In this document: piece by piece, positions 53,201-62,194 of the stretch
Position numbering within the stretch: position 1 is the stretch's first letter
Layout of the letters: every line of letters starts with the position of its first letter
NCBI GenBank assembly: GCA_964658305.1
Contig: OZ210885.1
Location: forward strand, 8,618,001-8,682,000
Source: Leptogorgia sarmentosa
Taxonomy: Eukaryota
DNA length: 64,000 nt
Direction of reading: 5' to 3'
The notes under the pieces: model-generated
Told to the model about the DNA's origin: nothing
Seen by the model: the letters and a program-made list of their open reading frames with translations, nothing else
Database searches by the model: none
Translations under genes and position numbers: made by a program

Positions 53201-56200
53201 AGACCTTTCAACCTCTTTAATTTTGCGAAGCAGTGTGGATTGTATGTTATCGAGTTTCTCCATCACTGGATTTATCTGAATAGATAAAATTGATTTAGTA
53301 ATATTCAATTTACGGGCTGAAACAAATTTGAAATCACTCTCAACTTCACAAAGCGGCTTAAGGTGTGTGATGTGATAATAGTTATAATCTGACATTATTA
53401 GTATAGGCAATTGTATGGTTTCGAGTGCAATTTGGAAAAATAGGTTCGCAAAGCGCACATGTATCTGCGAATGGTGAAGCAGAACTGACGGATGAGTCGT
53501 CGGAAAGCGCAATGCTAAAAAGTCCAGGTTGCGCTTAAAACTATCGCTGAAGTATTGGTTTAATTGCAAGCAATAAATGAACCTAAACTAAAGCTAACCC
53601 TAAATATGAAACTAATCGAACCCCAAAGTTAACGCACAAAACATTAAAACCTAGAACTATACTCAAACAGATTTCCTAAATCAGCATGCTGTCTTATTAA
53701 ATATGCGATGTTTAGTCAGTGTTGACTGTTCTCATATACAGCATTTCTCACCTTCCTCCTTCGACTCTTTCGTGAAAAATACGAGGAAATTCCTTGGGAA
53801 AAAACTTTCTTTGTGCCTCCAATATGTATAAAACTATGGCTTTATACTGAATATCGTGAGATTGCCTAATATTACATGTAAATGTCATTAAATTATTTAA
53901 TTATATCGTTTTGGCCTTATTTCAATTTTGACCGCCATCTTGAATATGATTAGATTTAACCTGCGAACAGGAACAACAAAATGTATCCAGTTTTTATATA
54001 GCGTGCTGTGACAAAACCGTTCATGAGTGGGTCATCTGTATAGTGCTCTGTATGCATTTTCAATTTACAAATCGAAAGGCCGATAAAACAGCGCGCTGCC
54101 GTTTCAAATGCTTCGTTAAATTACAACTGGACATTGACAGGGACCTGCAAAGTCAAGATTGTTTGCTTAAACCGTCGTACTTAAACACTGCACTTCACAT
54201 TTTCGCAAAAATCCCATCGAAACATCGCCTTCACTCCTCGAAGGCCGCCATCTTGCATTACGTAATTATAAGCAAAAGCTCGTCGCTGATTGGCTAGAAG
54301 CTAACAGCTAACAGCTAACAGCTAACAGGGTCATAGCATAGTATCTGCGTTCGCAGATACAAAAAACATGCACGAGTGAGTTTTTCAAAGACAAAAAAAA
54401 CTCACGAGTGTATGTTTTTCCAAATAGCATGAGAATTTAAGTAGATTTTACTTGTCTCGCTTTGTTCGGCCGCTAATATACGGAGATGTTTTGCTTGTCC
54501 ACCGAGCACTTGCTTGAACGAAGAGAAATCTCCGTCTCGTATTATAAAAAGGTTGTCATCATCGACTGCTGTTAATATCACTTTTAAGTGTCTGGTTCAC
54601 ATTCATCGCCGTTTCTTTTTCAATTCACAGTTTTCGTTCAGCATAAAAACAATCGATCAAAATATACAATCTAACACCTCTTGCGGAATATTTTGTACTC
54701 GCGCTGTATTTTCTTTTCAATGCGCCACTTTATCCGCACAATCAACCACAAGACTAGATATCTTTGGCGGTATTTTCATTTTTCGAACTATTTGTAAGCC
54801 CCTCTATCATTTGTCTTTTGCTAAAAGAATCTACCCAAAGAGGCAGCCATTATTTCATCCTCGAATAATTTCATATTTTTTATTGTTCGCCAGAAATGGC
54901 TTAATCTTATTGGCTAGCTTTATAATCTCAGCCAATCAGAAGGCATAAACATCTGAAGAAATTTGCACTGAATTTCTTTTTTTGGCACTGAATTTCCTTG
55001 TTTGGTACTGTATTTCCTTAAAATTGCACTTCTTTCAACCAATCGGAATCGAGAATTTTTTTAAAGTATATTATTAGATTAGAGATTAAGATGAGTATGT
55101 AAATTAATGAGAGAATATATATGAGCTGAGGACAGAGTTCGTTGTGCTGTGGACGACCTGACAAGTAAAGAGGGCAGGGTCACAAGGATTCGAGAAGAAT
55201 TAGTTGGAATTGAAAGCGTGTATCGAAGTGACTGAAAACAATCTTAGGCGAGAAGAGTAAAGTAAAATTGTTAGTTCCTGAATGAAAAAAAGGTGACGAA
55301 GCGTAACTAGTGTGGGGTGAACTAAGCTCCAACACTGAAAAGAATCAACTACGGTCTGATCTCCTGAAGTTTAAAGACAGTCGTTCTATACTTGGGAGTG
55401 CTCTAGTCGATAAACGATGGAGTTATATCCACCTCTCGCCCAGCAAAGGTTGGAAACCGAAGCCAGTCGCTTAGGCAGTTAATTCCGAAATTAAATAGAA
55501 TTACTGAAGGAGAACTTGAGGGCAATTACTGAGCAAGTCAGGAATCCTCGGGACAGAAACTACGCATTGTGGCTAGCTGAAGAGAGAAGACGGAAACTCT
55601 GTGGACTTGGTTTGTTTGAACTGCGACGCACGCCCGTGTGCTTACCATCTGAGCTTTATCAATATTTTCCTGACTTTAATGGTTGGGATTTTAGGGAAAG
55701 GGAAAATTGCTTCGCCGATCTTTTACGGGCTACCCCCATGCGTACCTATTTTTTCCTCTCTTATAAATTGGCCCTTTTTTCTCAAAATTTTCGAATTGCC
55801 ATCGAATAATTTTTACGTCACTGTGAGGACGAAATATTCCAATGTTTGGTCGACACAGATGTAAAGTCGAATATGAGCTAAAATTTTTGTGACGACATTA
55901 TACATAAGGTCTATTGAAATTTGATATGCAAGCTTCCTAGTTTGTAAACTTTTCAGAAATTTGTAGTTCAACGTTGGAACCTCAATAGCAATTTTGCAAG
56001 CAAAATAATTGTTATCTATCAAAATTTAGGTTTATCTTGCCTATGAGAATGGCTAAATTGTTTTGCTTAATGGGGTGTCCCAGCCCCTTGGGCTAGTTTT
56101 TTTCCCCCTAAAACAGTATTTTATTTATCAGTAATTGATATGTAGTGTGTTTTATTTATCAGTACACGCTTCGTTCTAAGTATTCTATTGCAAACGTGTC

Positions 56201-58116
56201 GCCAAAAAGTATGCACATGTTTGACTTGCAACGTTTAACGGGTAAAGCAAAACTCATAAAAACAGCATTATCGAAAAAAAGCACAGATTGCGTTCCCACG
56301 CTGAAAACTTGCACTCGCTCGCATTTGAAACATGTCTTATATTAATTTGAACAGCGTTTTCCTACTTATTCAACGACTGTTAAATGAAACATCAAAAGTT
56401 CCTCAAACCTTTGTGGCGTCCAAATCGTAGTTTTTGATACAACCGCAAAGTTCAGCTACACTTTCTGCAATTAGTTTTGCGTGACGACCATCAACAAGAA
56501 TGTCTGGAAATAATGAAGAAAATTTATCTTGAGTATCACAAACACTATAAATATACCGCTGCTAATGCGCGTAGCACGAAGGATACATGGAAAAGCATGC
56601 CCTGCTGTCCATACAAACTATTTGATAAGCATGGTCTGCCGTCGTTATTAGCAAACTTCAATATGCGGCCAGTGTAGTAGATAGGGGATAACAACATCAG
56701 CAAGCAGCACATGTCATACCCACTACCTAAACAATGCAAATAGGTTGGACGTTTTGAGTAAAGTAGATTTTTTGCATGATAGACATGCAAAAATTTCGAA
56801 ATCGTACAATCCAGAGCAACAGCGTTAAAGAGTATCACAAAGTTAGTAAAACTGTAAAGTCTGGTTGAGAAATGTTTTAAAATGCGAAAAATATGACCCT
56901 GTAAAGTTTTCAAATTTTGTATATTTTAGTATTACCCATGCATTTATATCCTTATCGAGAAAAGTCTATCAATTTTGCGTGTCTAATACTAAAATGAAAA
57001 AATTGGCAAAATTGCGTTAAACATTCCCGACTTTTGAATGATTGAAGTTTTGAACACAAATGTCCAACTGGAATTAGTACGATTTACGAAGTCTAATTCA
57101 TGTGAAAATTTTGATTTTATGCATATGTCAGCATATATTAGTTGTACTATACTGTATATCATGTTGTATACAGTATTAAAGGCATTTAACTTCTGCACTT
57201 ATATGAAGGTCTAAAAATAAATCACTGTCACCAATTCAACACTAGATTTCTATGTAAAGTTTCAAAGTATAGCTACACTATTGGAGAATTTAATTTTTTT
57301 TACCTGTTCGACCCCATATAATTTCAACGATTGATCGTATTGAGAATCGCATTGAATTGTATATATGGTAATATATGAATAAAATTGGATGATAAAAATA
57401 ATAATAAATGAATAATAAGAGAAATTCTTTCAACACATGGGGGTTTTCTTACCGGAGATAAAAAATGATCTGCGCAAAACATATTTAAAGGCATGATGAA
57501 ATTCCGGCAATAATGCTAATAATACAGTACCTGTTTTATTCCAGAAATCTAGTTCATCACAAATTATTTTTTCGTCAGCTATTGGTAAATTTAATATTTT
57601 GACCAAAGATTCCATTCCTTGAAACGAGGCATTGAACATATGTACTGTCCATTCAGAGATGTTACAATGAGCCCATGGGTTTCTGATGTCCGACCGAACT
57701 TTGTTTGCTTCAGCTGCAGCACCAGATGATACAAAAGGGTCTGCCTTGCCGATAATAGTCAAAAGTGCTGACATATCCATGGTTTTATCAAATCCAGTGA
57801 AATGTGCCATAAAGTCCGTGACGAATAGTTTCGCCAAAGAGACAGGATCTTTAACAGCATAATCATAAGCTGATTTAGTACGCTTGTGGATAATGTTATT
57901 GTTAATGTTCTGATATTGTAGGTTATGTGTGGAAGGGGGTAATTTCTTCCTTCTGTATGCTGCGAAATCTTGCTTTTGAATTTCATCAGGTGGTTGGCAT
58001 AAAGAATGATACCATTTCCCAAGTTCAGTGGCGACAACTTTCCTCAATGCAGGTGCAAGAACTTTGGTAAAGGCAATGCCAACTAAAACCCAATGTTGTT
58101 CTTCCTCTGATATCAT
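19366..58116 (-). CDS. Multi-exon APAF-1-like STAND protein: HEPN-like N-terminal domain + coiled coil + NB-ARC + helical domain + WD40 repeats (~1711 aa model)
   Basis: Hand-spliced exons, all GT-AG and phase-compatible: 58116-57531, 53792-53752 (tentative), 53275-53092, 51645-51314, 50299-49660, 49215-48793, 46579-46334, 43524-43306, 40848-40639, 37504-37261, 35878-35646, 32650-32547, 29409-29007, 27571-26967, 25669-25586 (tentative), 21665-21410, 19691-19366. Sum 5136 nt, open frame. NB-ARC motifs GMGGLGKT, LVVVDDVW, LLITTRD, CRGLPLAL, VHDLL; multiple GH...WD-type repeats. Confidence 0.8.
21410..21665 (-). CDS. Penultimate exon (divergent beta-propeller)
   Basis: Acceptor TTTTGACAG (phase 0), donor ATAG|GTAATT (phase 1, matching the last exon); lies within ORF 21279..21656. 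Confidence 0.75.
22886..23656. mobile_element. Foldback MITE with ~330-bp TIRs (Tc1/mariner-like ends)
   Basis: TA|CAGGGTGTATCAAAAAAAAGTTTACTCGCG ... CGCGAGTAAACTTTTTTTTGATACACCCTG|TA; arms nearly identical. Confidence 0.92.
25159..25535. mobile_element. pogo/Tigger-like MITE remnant (second partial copy at ~26429-26560)
   Basis: CAGTAGAATC..GCTATCTCGAACTC end and repeated TTCGAGATA motifs at the opposite end. Confidence 0.55.
25586..25669 (-). CDS. Candidate 84-nt phase 0-0 exon
   Basis: Acceptor ATTCCAG, consensus donor AAG|GTAAGA, open frame AQKFRYTWLMFYITDKPITGDRARKTPK; could be skipped without a frameshift. Confidence 0.45.
25880..26380. mobile_element. TIR element with ~85-bp inverted repeats and an internal tRNA-like segment
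   Basis: 25880-25965 is the reverse complement of ~26295-26380; internal AACCCT-like repeats and an A/B-box-like segment at ~26148-26213 (minus strand). Confidence 0.8.
26796..26947. repeat. Intronic ~84-bp tandem duplication
   Basis: Two copies of GAAATTTGAA.TGCAGCTCAAC...AAAAATAACGTTTGACAATCT.GTT. Confidence 0.75.
26967..27571 (-). CDS. WD40 exon
   Basis: GHPDDSVVTAIDITSNGKFALSGSSSGTL...FPAHKDAIS...FASGSIGGSVKLWNV; acceptor CATGCAG, donor CAG|GTATGT. Confidence 0.9.
27788..28010. mobile_element. PIF/Harbinger-like MITE
   Basis: TIRs GGCCGTTTTCCATTACAGTCGTTTTGCCCGC and GCGGGCAAAGCGACTGCAATGGAAAACTGCC. Confidence 0.7.
29007..29409 (-). CDS. WD40 exon
   Basis: VWNLSDG...VRFSSDGLHVIIGCKDNHVFIWDW; acceptor TTTTTTAAG, donor GCAG|GTGGGT. 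Confidence 0.85.
31655..31805. ncRNA. Inverted pair of degenerate minimal hammerhead-like motifs
   Basis: Plus strand CTGACGA-GGGCCCTTTCGCTG-GAAACGTC (31728-31756); minus strand CCAGCGAAGGGCCTTTGCTCGAAACGTA (~31675-31702). Confidence 0.45.
32547..32650 (-). CDS. Short WD40 exon (absent from the ORF track)
   Basis: (G)DLEWAKHVAVSADDRYVVSLSKDARNGSTKSSIK joins VWNL of the next exon; acceptor CAATAG, donor AAG|GTATGG. Confidence 0.8.
34001..34144. repeat. ~144-bp hairpin centred on GGCTTCGCC (non-autonomous TE family)
   Basis: CACTTATTGACTGGGCC...GGCTTCGCC...GGCCCAGTCAATAAGTG; a related hairpin GGGCTTCGCCC lies at ~39671. Confidence 0.85.
34620..35130. mobile_element. Old MITE with ~110-bp degenerate TIRs
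   Basis: GTATCAAATATTTCGTATCTCTACACT / AGTGTAGAGATATGGAATATTTGATAC and AATAAACAAATTACTTC / GAAGTAATTTGTTTATT. Confidence 0.7.
35646..35878 (-). CDS. WD40 exon
   Basis: VLTASWDGSIRVWNL...DHSNDVTDI...EDGTFKVWNL; acceptor TTTCAG (phase 2), donor ACAG|GTATAG. Confidence 0.9.
37261..37504 (-). CDS. WD40 exon
   Basis: LVSGSGDGTIKIWDL...IISGDEEGSVRLW...YEGHT; an alternative in-frame acceptor exists at 37534; donor CAG|GTGGGT (phase 2). Confidence 0.9.
39347..39498. repeat. ~62-bp inverted repeat (back-to-back ends of a repeat family)
   Basis: GCGAGTAG.GTAGCCAATCAAATTGCAGCATTTGCAATAGTATACGAGTATGATTCTACTA and its reverse complement ~28 bp away. Confidence 0.85.
39940..40281. mobile_element. hAT-type MITE (same TIR family as 9075-9445)
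   Basis: TIR CATAGGCGTACG; perfect 8-bp TSD ACAACCAG. Confidence 0.9.
40639..40848 (-). CDS. WD40 exon
   Basis: Phase-1 acceptor GTTGTAG completes GTKD-G-LKVYCVSTG; continues TIKLWKADT...LVGHTDWVECV; donor ACAG|GTATGT. Confidence 0.8.
43306..43524 (-). CDS. WD40 exon
   Basis: LLGHSTVVTCLAVSQSGTILASGSGDESTILW; donor GACG|GTAAGC. Confidence 0.9.
46334..46579 (-). CDS. Helical-to-WD40 linker exon
   Basis: (G)RLL...LIPEFSCLD...ICGLENGSITIFDLDTG; acceptor TTTTCCAG, donor ACAG|GTAGGT. Confidence 0.85.
47706..47917. repeat. 72-76-bp tandem repeat x3
   Basis: CTCGATTACAYAAGGCTCGCTGGCAAG...GATAACACRTTGGCTATCTCCTCG starting at 47706, 47782 and 47854. Confidence 0.9.
48793..49215 (-). CDS. Winged-helix MHD motif and APAF-1-like helical domain exon
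   Basis: YRVHDLLLDF...YYFKYLPYHI...LLFDLHWLKQK...PQLLG; acceptor TTTCAG, donor CTAG|GTAATT. Confidence 0.9.
49660..50299 (-). CDS. NB-ARC exon 2 (Walker B, RNBS-B, GLPL, RNBS-D)
   Basis: LVVVDDVW, LLITTRD, CRGLPLALSLVG, FLYLAIFPED; acceptor TTTTTAG|ATG, donor AAAG|GTACAG. Confidence 0.93.
51069..51221. mobile_element. 153-bp hAT-type MITE
   Basis: TIRs (T/C)AGTGGCGTCCCCAG; perfect 8-bp TSD TTCGAGCT. Confidence 0.9.
51314..51645 (-). CDS. NB-ARC exon 1 (P-loop)
   Basis: VPYGLRNLPPHMVERPSEV...VGIRGMGGLGKTVLA...VVWLDIGQ; acceptor TTCTAG (phase 1), donor ACG|GTATGT. Confidence 0.92.
52320..52641 (-). pseudogene. Truncated NACHT (NPHP3/nSTAND-type) N-terminal fragment with Walker A only
   Basis: FQEGTRQWFF...VMILNGGPGVGKSVLSAKLC...HFCDFR; family-like sequence ends after CRD, the frame stops at 52251, there is no Walker B and no convincing donor. 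Confidence 0.7.
53092..53275 (-). CDS. Coiled-coil linker exon
   Basis: INPVMEKLDNIQSTLLRKIKEVERSAAENSMELKRLAEKTDEIE has heptad-like character; acceptor TCTATTCAG, donor AAAG|GTAGTG (phase 1). Confidence 0.65.
53752..53792 (-). CDS. Candidate 41-nt linker exon (phase 1 to 0), or the end of an alternative 5' UTR exon
   Basis: Strong donor AAG|GTGAGA at 53752; acceptor TTTTTTCCCAAG at 53793; open frame (G)ISSYFSRKSRRRK; exactly bridges the phase-1 HEPN donor and the phase-0 acceptor at 53275. Confidence 0.4.
53932..53942 (-). promoter_or_regulatory. YY1-like AAGATGGCGG motif (second copy at 54245-54255); possible internal promoter
   Basis: CAAGATGGCGG on the minus strand ~180 bp upstream of the 53752 donor. 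The motif is also common in TEs. Confidence 0.3.
54300..54328. repeat. (GCTAACA)4 microsatellite
   Basis: Direct reading. Confidence 0.85.
57531..58116 (-). CDS. Exon encoding a HEPN-like (CXorf38/DUF4559/Swt1-like) helical domain with RxxxxH motif
   Basis: ORF 57430..58116 reads ...LAKLFV...DMSALLTII...IRNPWAHCN; donor ACAG|GTACTG at 57531 (phase 1); an acceptor AG lies 7 nt upstream of the ATG. Family assignment is from recalled motif similarity, not a search. Confidence 0.75.
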
Positions 58117-59469
58117 TATCGTTCTATGAAGTAAACATAAAATAATGGTGTTACAATTTTAGCTACGAAAGCACAAAGCTTTTGTAAACAGTACAGACAT
58201 AATTACTTTCTGACATTTTAAGTGTTTTACAAAAATGTGAAAGTAGAAGTTTCTTTGAAAATAATTGTATGGAATCATCTGGTAACAAACTTCAACACGT
58301 GGCCAGTAGCTATATAGGTACCGCTACCGAATAACAACATCAACTAAAGTTCTGCCCACTAGCTGAACAAATGCAATAAGAATAAGTGCTTCAAGCAAAG
58401 TCCAATAGTAAAAAATTAGTGTGTGTTAAAATGCCCGAGGGCCGTTGCACAAAACATCGAATCCTAGTTTATCCTGTAGGTAATTAGTAGAACTTTTGCT
58501 GTTTGTTGACATAATGTAGTATCCACTGCCTTTGACAATTATATGTAATTATTCAGTAATTTGTAGATAAGACGTGGGGTGAGTATATGAGACTCGAGTG
58601 CATCGAGGTCTCATATAAATTGAAACATTTTGCTGCTATAACGATAAATCAAATAATTATTCGGCAGCAAAAGGTATTCTGGCCCCTTTCTTATGGAATA
58701 TTAGGGGGCGGCTTTAACGTTTCAGAGAGGCCAACAATTTTCTTTCCCGTTGCACTGCAAAAATTGGGGGGATCAACAGGCCACTGGCCCCCTCTCTCGC
58801 CGGGCGAAATGATACGTTAACAGGGCGTTAGAAAATGGTTTTATTTGGGTGGGAACCGCAGCTCACGAGACGTCATACACCGCCACTAGGATTGGCGCTG
58901 AGCCTGAACGAGAAAATTTTAGAAATTTGGAATCTCTTGATGGTCGGAAATGGCATCTCCGCTGTCTTCCATATACCTCCCCCCCCCCCCGCCCTTTGGC
59001 GCCACCACTGGTAAAGCTACAAGGCAGTATCCAACATTATTATTTCACTCAACCAAAATTTTTGTCATGCGCATCTCTCCTTTTAAAGCCGTAACATATT
59101 ATCTTACTTCCTACTTTGCTATCGCAATTTATCTATATGAGTAACCCAGTTTTGAACAATCAGATAAGCCAGATTTATTCAATTTGTAAGACGAATGGAA
59201 AGTATTGACCACTCAACGCTGTCTCCAAATATTCGTTGCCTCGCAGTGTGTTCCGTATTTCGAGCATATTATGGATAGTTGTAAACTGACAACGATTAAA
59301 TATATCTATGTCGTTAATTGTGTCATTCAAGCCGTGCCATATTAATGTAATAAGCGCTTAAAAGTCACTTAGATCATAGACAATCGTCTATGTTCAGACT
59401 TAAGTAAAACATTGTTCTTTTTACATATCCTGTCCATCCTGAAATATGCATATACATAGCCTACTTATA

Positions 59470-60520
59470 ATTACGTGAAACACTGAGTATTTTCATGAAA
59501 TACACAACAACGGTAACTCCGAATAACGTAAGCATTTTGATTCAACGTTTCGACTTTATTTAGTCATCATCAGGACTCAGGAATGGTTCTATTTCATGTG
59601 CATGCGTTATATATACTCTACGTAATTTGATATCTAATCAGAAGAAAACCGATAGTTCTCTAGATGCTTTAGTCCCATGATTCAGTTCCGGTTTTTGTCG
59701 ATGAATGATTTTTTTCTTTGAACAGGCGATTTGACCAATGCTTAGCCCTGTCTATGATGTTGCAGTTGTTCAGTAGGTTCAGATAGTTAAATTGTTCGCA
59801 AGTGTTAATGTTTTTATCAATCTCTGAGTTTTTGTCTGTGATTGCATGTTCGTTCAGTCTTGTATAGAGGCATCTGTCTGTCTTTCCTATGTATGTTTTG
59901 CCGCACCCAGGACATGAAAATTTATAAACCACCGAACTTTGAAACTCCTTAGGTGTTTTATCTTTGCACGAAACAGTGCAAGTACTATGCACAAGTGACC
60001 TAATCCATGCAATTTTGTACGACCACGGACTAAAACTAGATTAATGGATATACTGGCCTGTGTGTGTGCTCTTACGAAAAATCGAAGTGCCGTTAGATTT
60101 TAATTCGATATCCAAAAATTTACCTCGTTATCGACGAACTCTTTATGCGTGAACTGTATATCCGGATGGTAGCTGTTCAGTTTATTTAAAATCAAGTTAA
60201 TATCAGACGGTTTCGCCAAAACTTGTGTGTCATCAACATATCTGATATAGAATTTTATAGTATCGTTTTCGAAAAGGTCTTTTATTATTTCGTCTTCTAA
60301 TGCCATCATGATGATGTTAGCTAAAGTTGGACTTAAAGGCGAACCCATCGAAACTCGAAATTGTTTATAAAGATCACCGTTGACGGAAAATTGAATTTTG
60401 GTACAATCATCAAGGATCAGTTTTATGGTGTTTTCGCCGTAAAGTGTGGTCATATGGTGTTTTCGCTGTGAAGTGATATGTTGGTAAATAAAGAAAGTTC
60501 GTAAATTTATGTCTTGGAAC
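59470..60520 (-). mobile_element. Penelope-like retroelement fragment (RT + GIY-YIG endonuclease), internally deleted
   Basis: RT motifs YKQ..VSMGSPLSPTLANI and YIRYVDDT (ORF 60100..60528); GIY-YIG VVYKFSCPGCGKTYIGKTDRCLYTRLNEH (ORF 59669..59992). Confidence 0.9.
59539..59578 (-). ncRNA. Minimal type I hammerhead ribozyme-like motif in the PLE terminal repeat
   Basis: GAGTC-CTGATGA-TGACTAAATAAAGTC-GAAACGTT-GAATC: conserved core, stem II GACT/AGTC, loop-less palindromic stem III. Confidence 0.6.
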
Positions 60521-61324
60521 GGTGTCAAGCGAAATTCCTGACCAAGCGTGACGGCTCATGTATTTCGCGTACGTAGGCGGGAAATACATGACGCTTGCGA
60601 AATACCTGACCCGATGAAAACCTCAATCAAAACCACTTTTCTTGGCTCACATCTCGGTTTATATCGTGCTTAATGCTACAATAATGTATTGTATCGAACA
60701 CCGAAGCTAGAATCAATTTTATATTTCTGATATTACAAAACAATCGGGAATATATGTGTTTTTTATCGATTATACTTTATATAGAGTATAGTCAGTAAAC
60801 AATCTGCGACTTCACGGGAAATGAATAATAAATAAATAGAAATATATTTTGCATATAGAATACATTTGCAAAAAAAAAGTTGATTATCCCCGAGCCACGG
60901 CGGGAAGCGCCGTCCGGGCGTTAGCCCGGGGCGAGGGAAATAATTCCGCACGGCATAGCGGAATCCAAAGTTGCTCGGCCGCCATTTTGGTGTAAGGGTG
61001 GTCATCACTGATCTCAAAATTATGGCGGACTATCATGAAGAGCCGAAGCTTTTTAAAGCTTTTGGAAAGGCGAAAACAAAGACAAGATCTACGCTGTAAG
61101 ACTTGAAAATCCTTCTCAGAAGATATAAAACGCTGAGTAAGAGGAACAAACGACTACGGATTGTAACACAAGAATGACAAGATAAGTTCGTAATCGTCAA
61201 TATATTGTCGGCACTCGGCAGTGAACTTTTGTTTTGCGTATTTACTATCTACAGTCTACTATTTGTAAAGGTCGCCGTAGCAGCATTTAATCTATTCACG
61301 GATCAATTCCAGAGTATAAGTTTA

Positions 61325-62194
61325 CATGGCTAGAAATATGCGACATGCAGTATTACGCAATGGGCATTCGGACTTTCAAAATGCTCGTAAATTTATAGTA
61401 TGCAGCAACGCAAAATAGTATGTCTTCTTACATGCGAAGTATAAACATGGTAAATCGACTTGTAGCGAATCGAAAAAGCAAAATATTGTGATATTTAGAA
61501 GCCGATAAACCTTGTCCCCGAGCGATTCAAACGTATCCATGGATTGTAGCGTATTAGCCGCCATTAATCATCAATTCTTATATACTTCACTGAAAGAGAG
61601 CGGTGTTTTAGGATACATGAAATACAAATTCCAACATGCGAAGCTTGATTTGTCAAGATGGGGTTTCGGCGGCTTCAACTAATATAAAACCTATAAAAGG
61701 TTACGTATCTTTCCCTTGTCCAGCTTTACGTTTATGTTCGATAGTTATGGATATTTCAAGCAAAGCGAAGCACTTTGCCGAACATAAACGTAAAGCTGGA
61801 CAAGGGAAAGATACGTAACCTTTTATAGGTTTTATATTAGTTGAAGCCGCCGAAACCCCATCTTGACAAATCAAGCTTCGCATGATGGAATTTGTATTTC
61901 ATGTATCCTAAAACACCGCTCTCTTTCAGTGAAGTATATAAGAATTGATGATTAATGGCGGCTAATACGCTACAATCCATGGATACGTTTGAATCGCTCG
62001 GGGACAAGGTTTATCGGCTTCTAAATATCACAATATTTTGCTTTTTCGATTCGCTACAAGTCGATTTACCATGTTTATACTTCGCATGTAAGAAAACATA
62101 CTATTTTGCGTTGCTGCATACTATAAATTTACGAGCATTTTGAAAGTCCGAATGCCCATTGCGTAATACTGCATGTCGCATATTTCTAGCCATG
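61325..62194. repeat. Near-perfect palindrome: 416-bp arms, 38-bp spacer
   Basis: Arms 61325-61740 and 61779-62194; I found about 2 mismatches by eye; mirror-image ORFs appear in the ORF track. Confidence 0.95.

Noticed and set aside
54514..55864. Plus-strand ORFs of 87-144 aa in the first intron
   Set aside because: No recognisable motifs or consistent splice structure; probably TE debris.
19366..58116. Calling the gene APAF1 proper, or a bacterial Avs/HEPN defence island
   Set aside because: No CARD was found, so orthology to APAF1 is unsupported; spliceosomal introns, CCA-less tRNA genes and animal TEs exclude a prokaryotic origin.
61376..62143. Duplicated small genes (MAANTLQ..., MRSLICQ...)
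   Set aside because: They are mirror images produced by the palindrome, with no recognisable domain.
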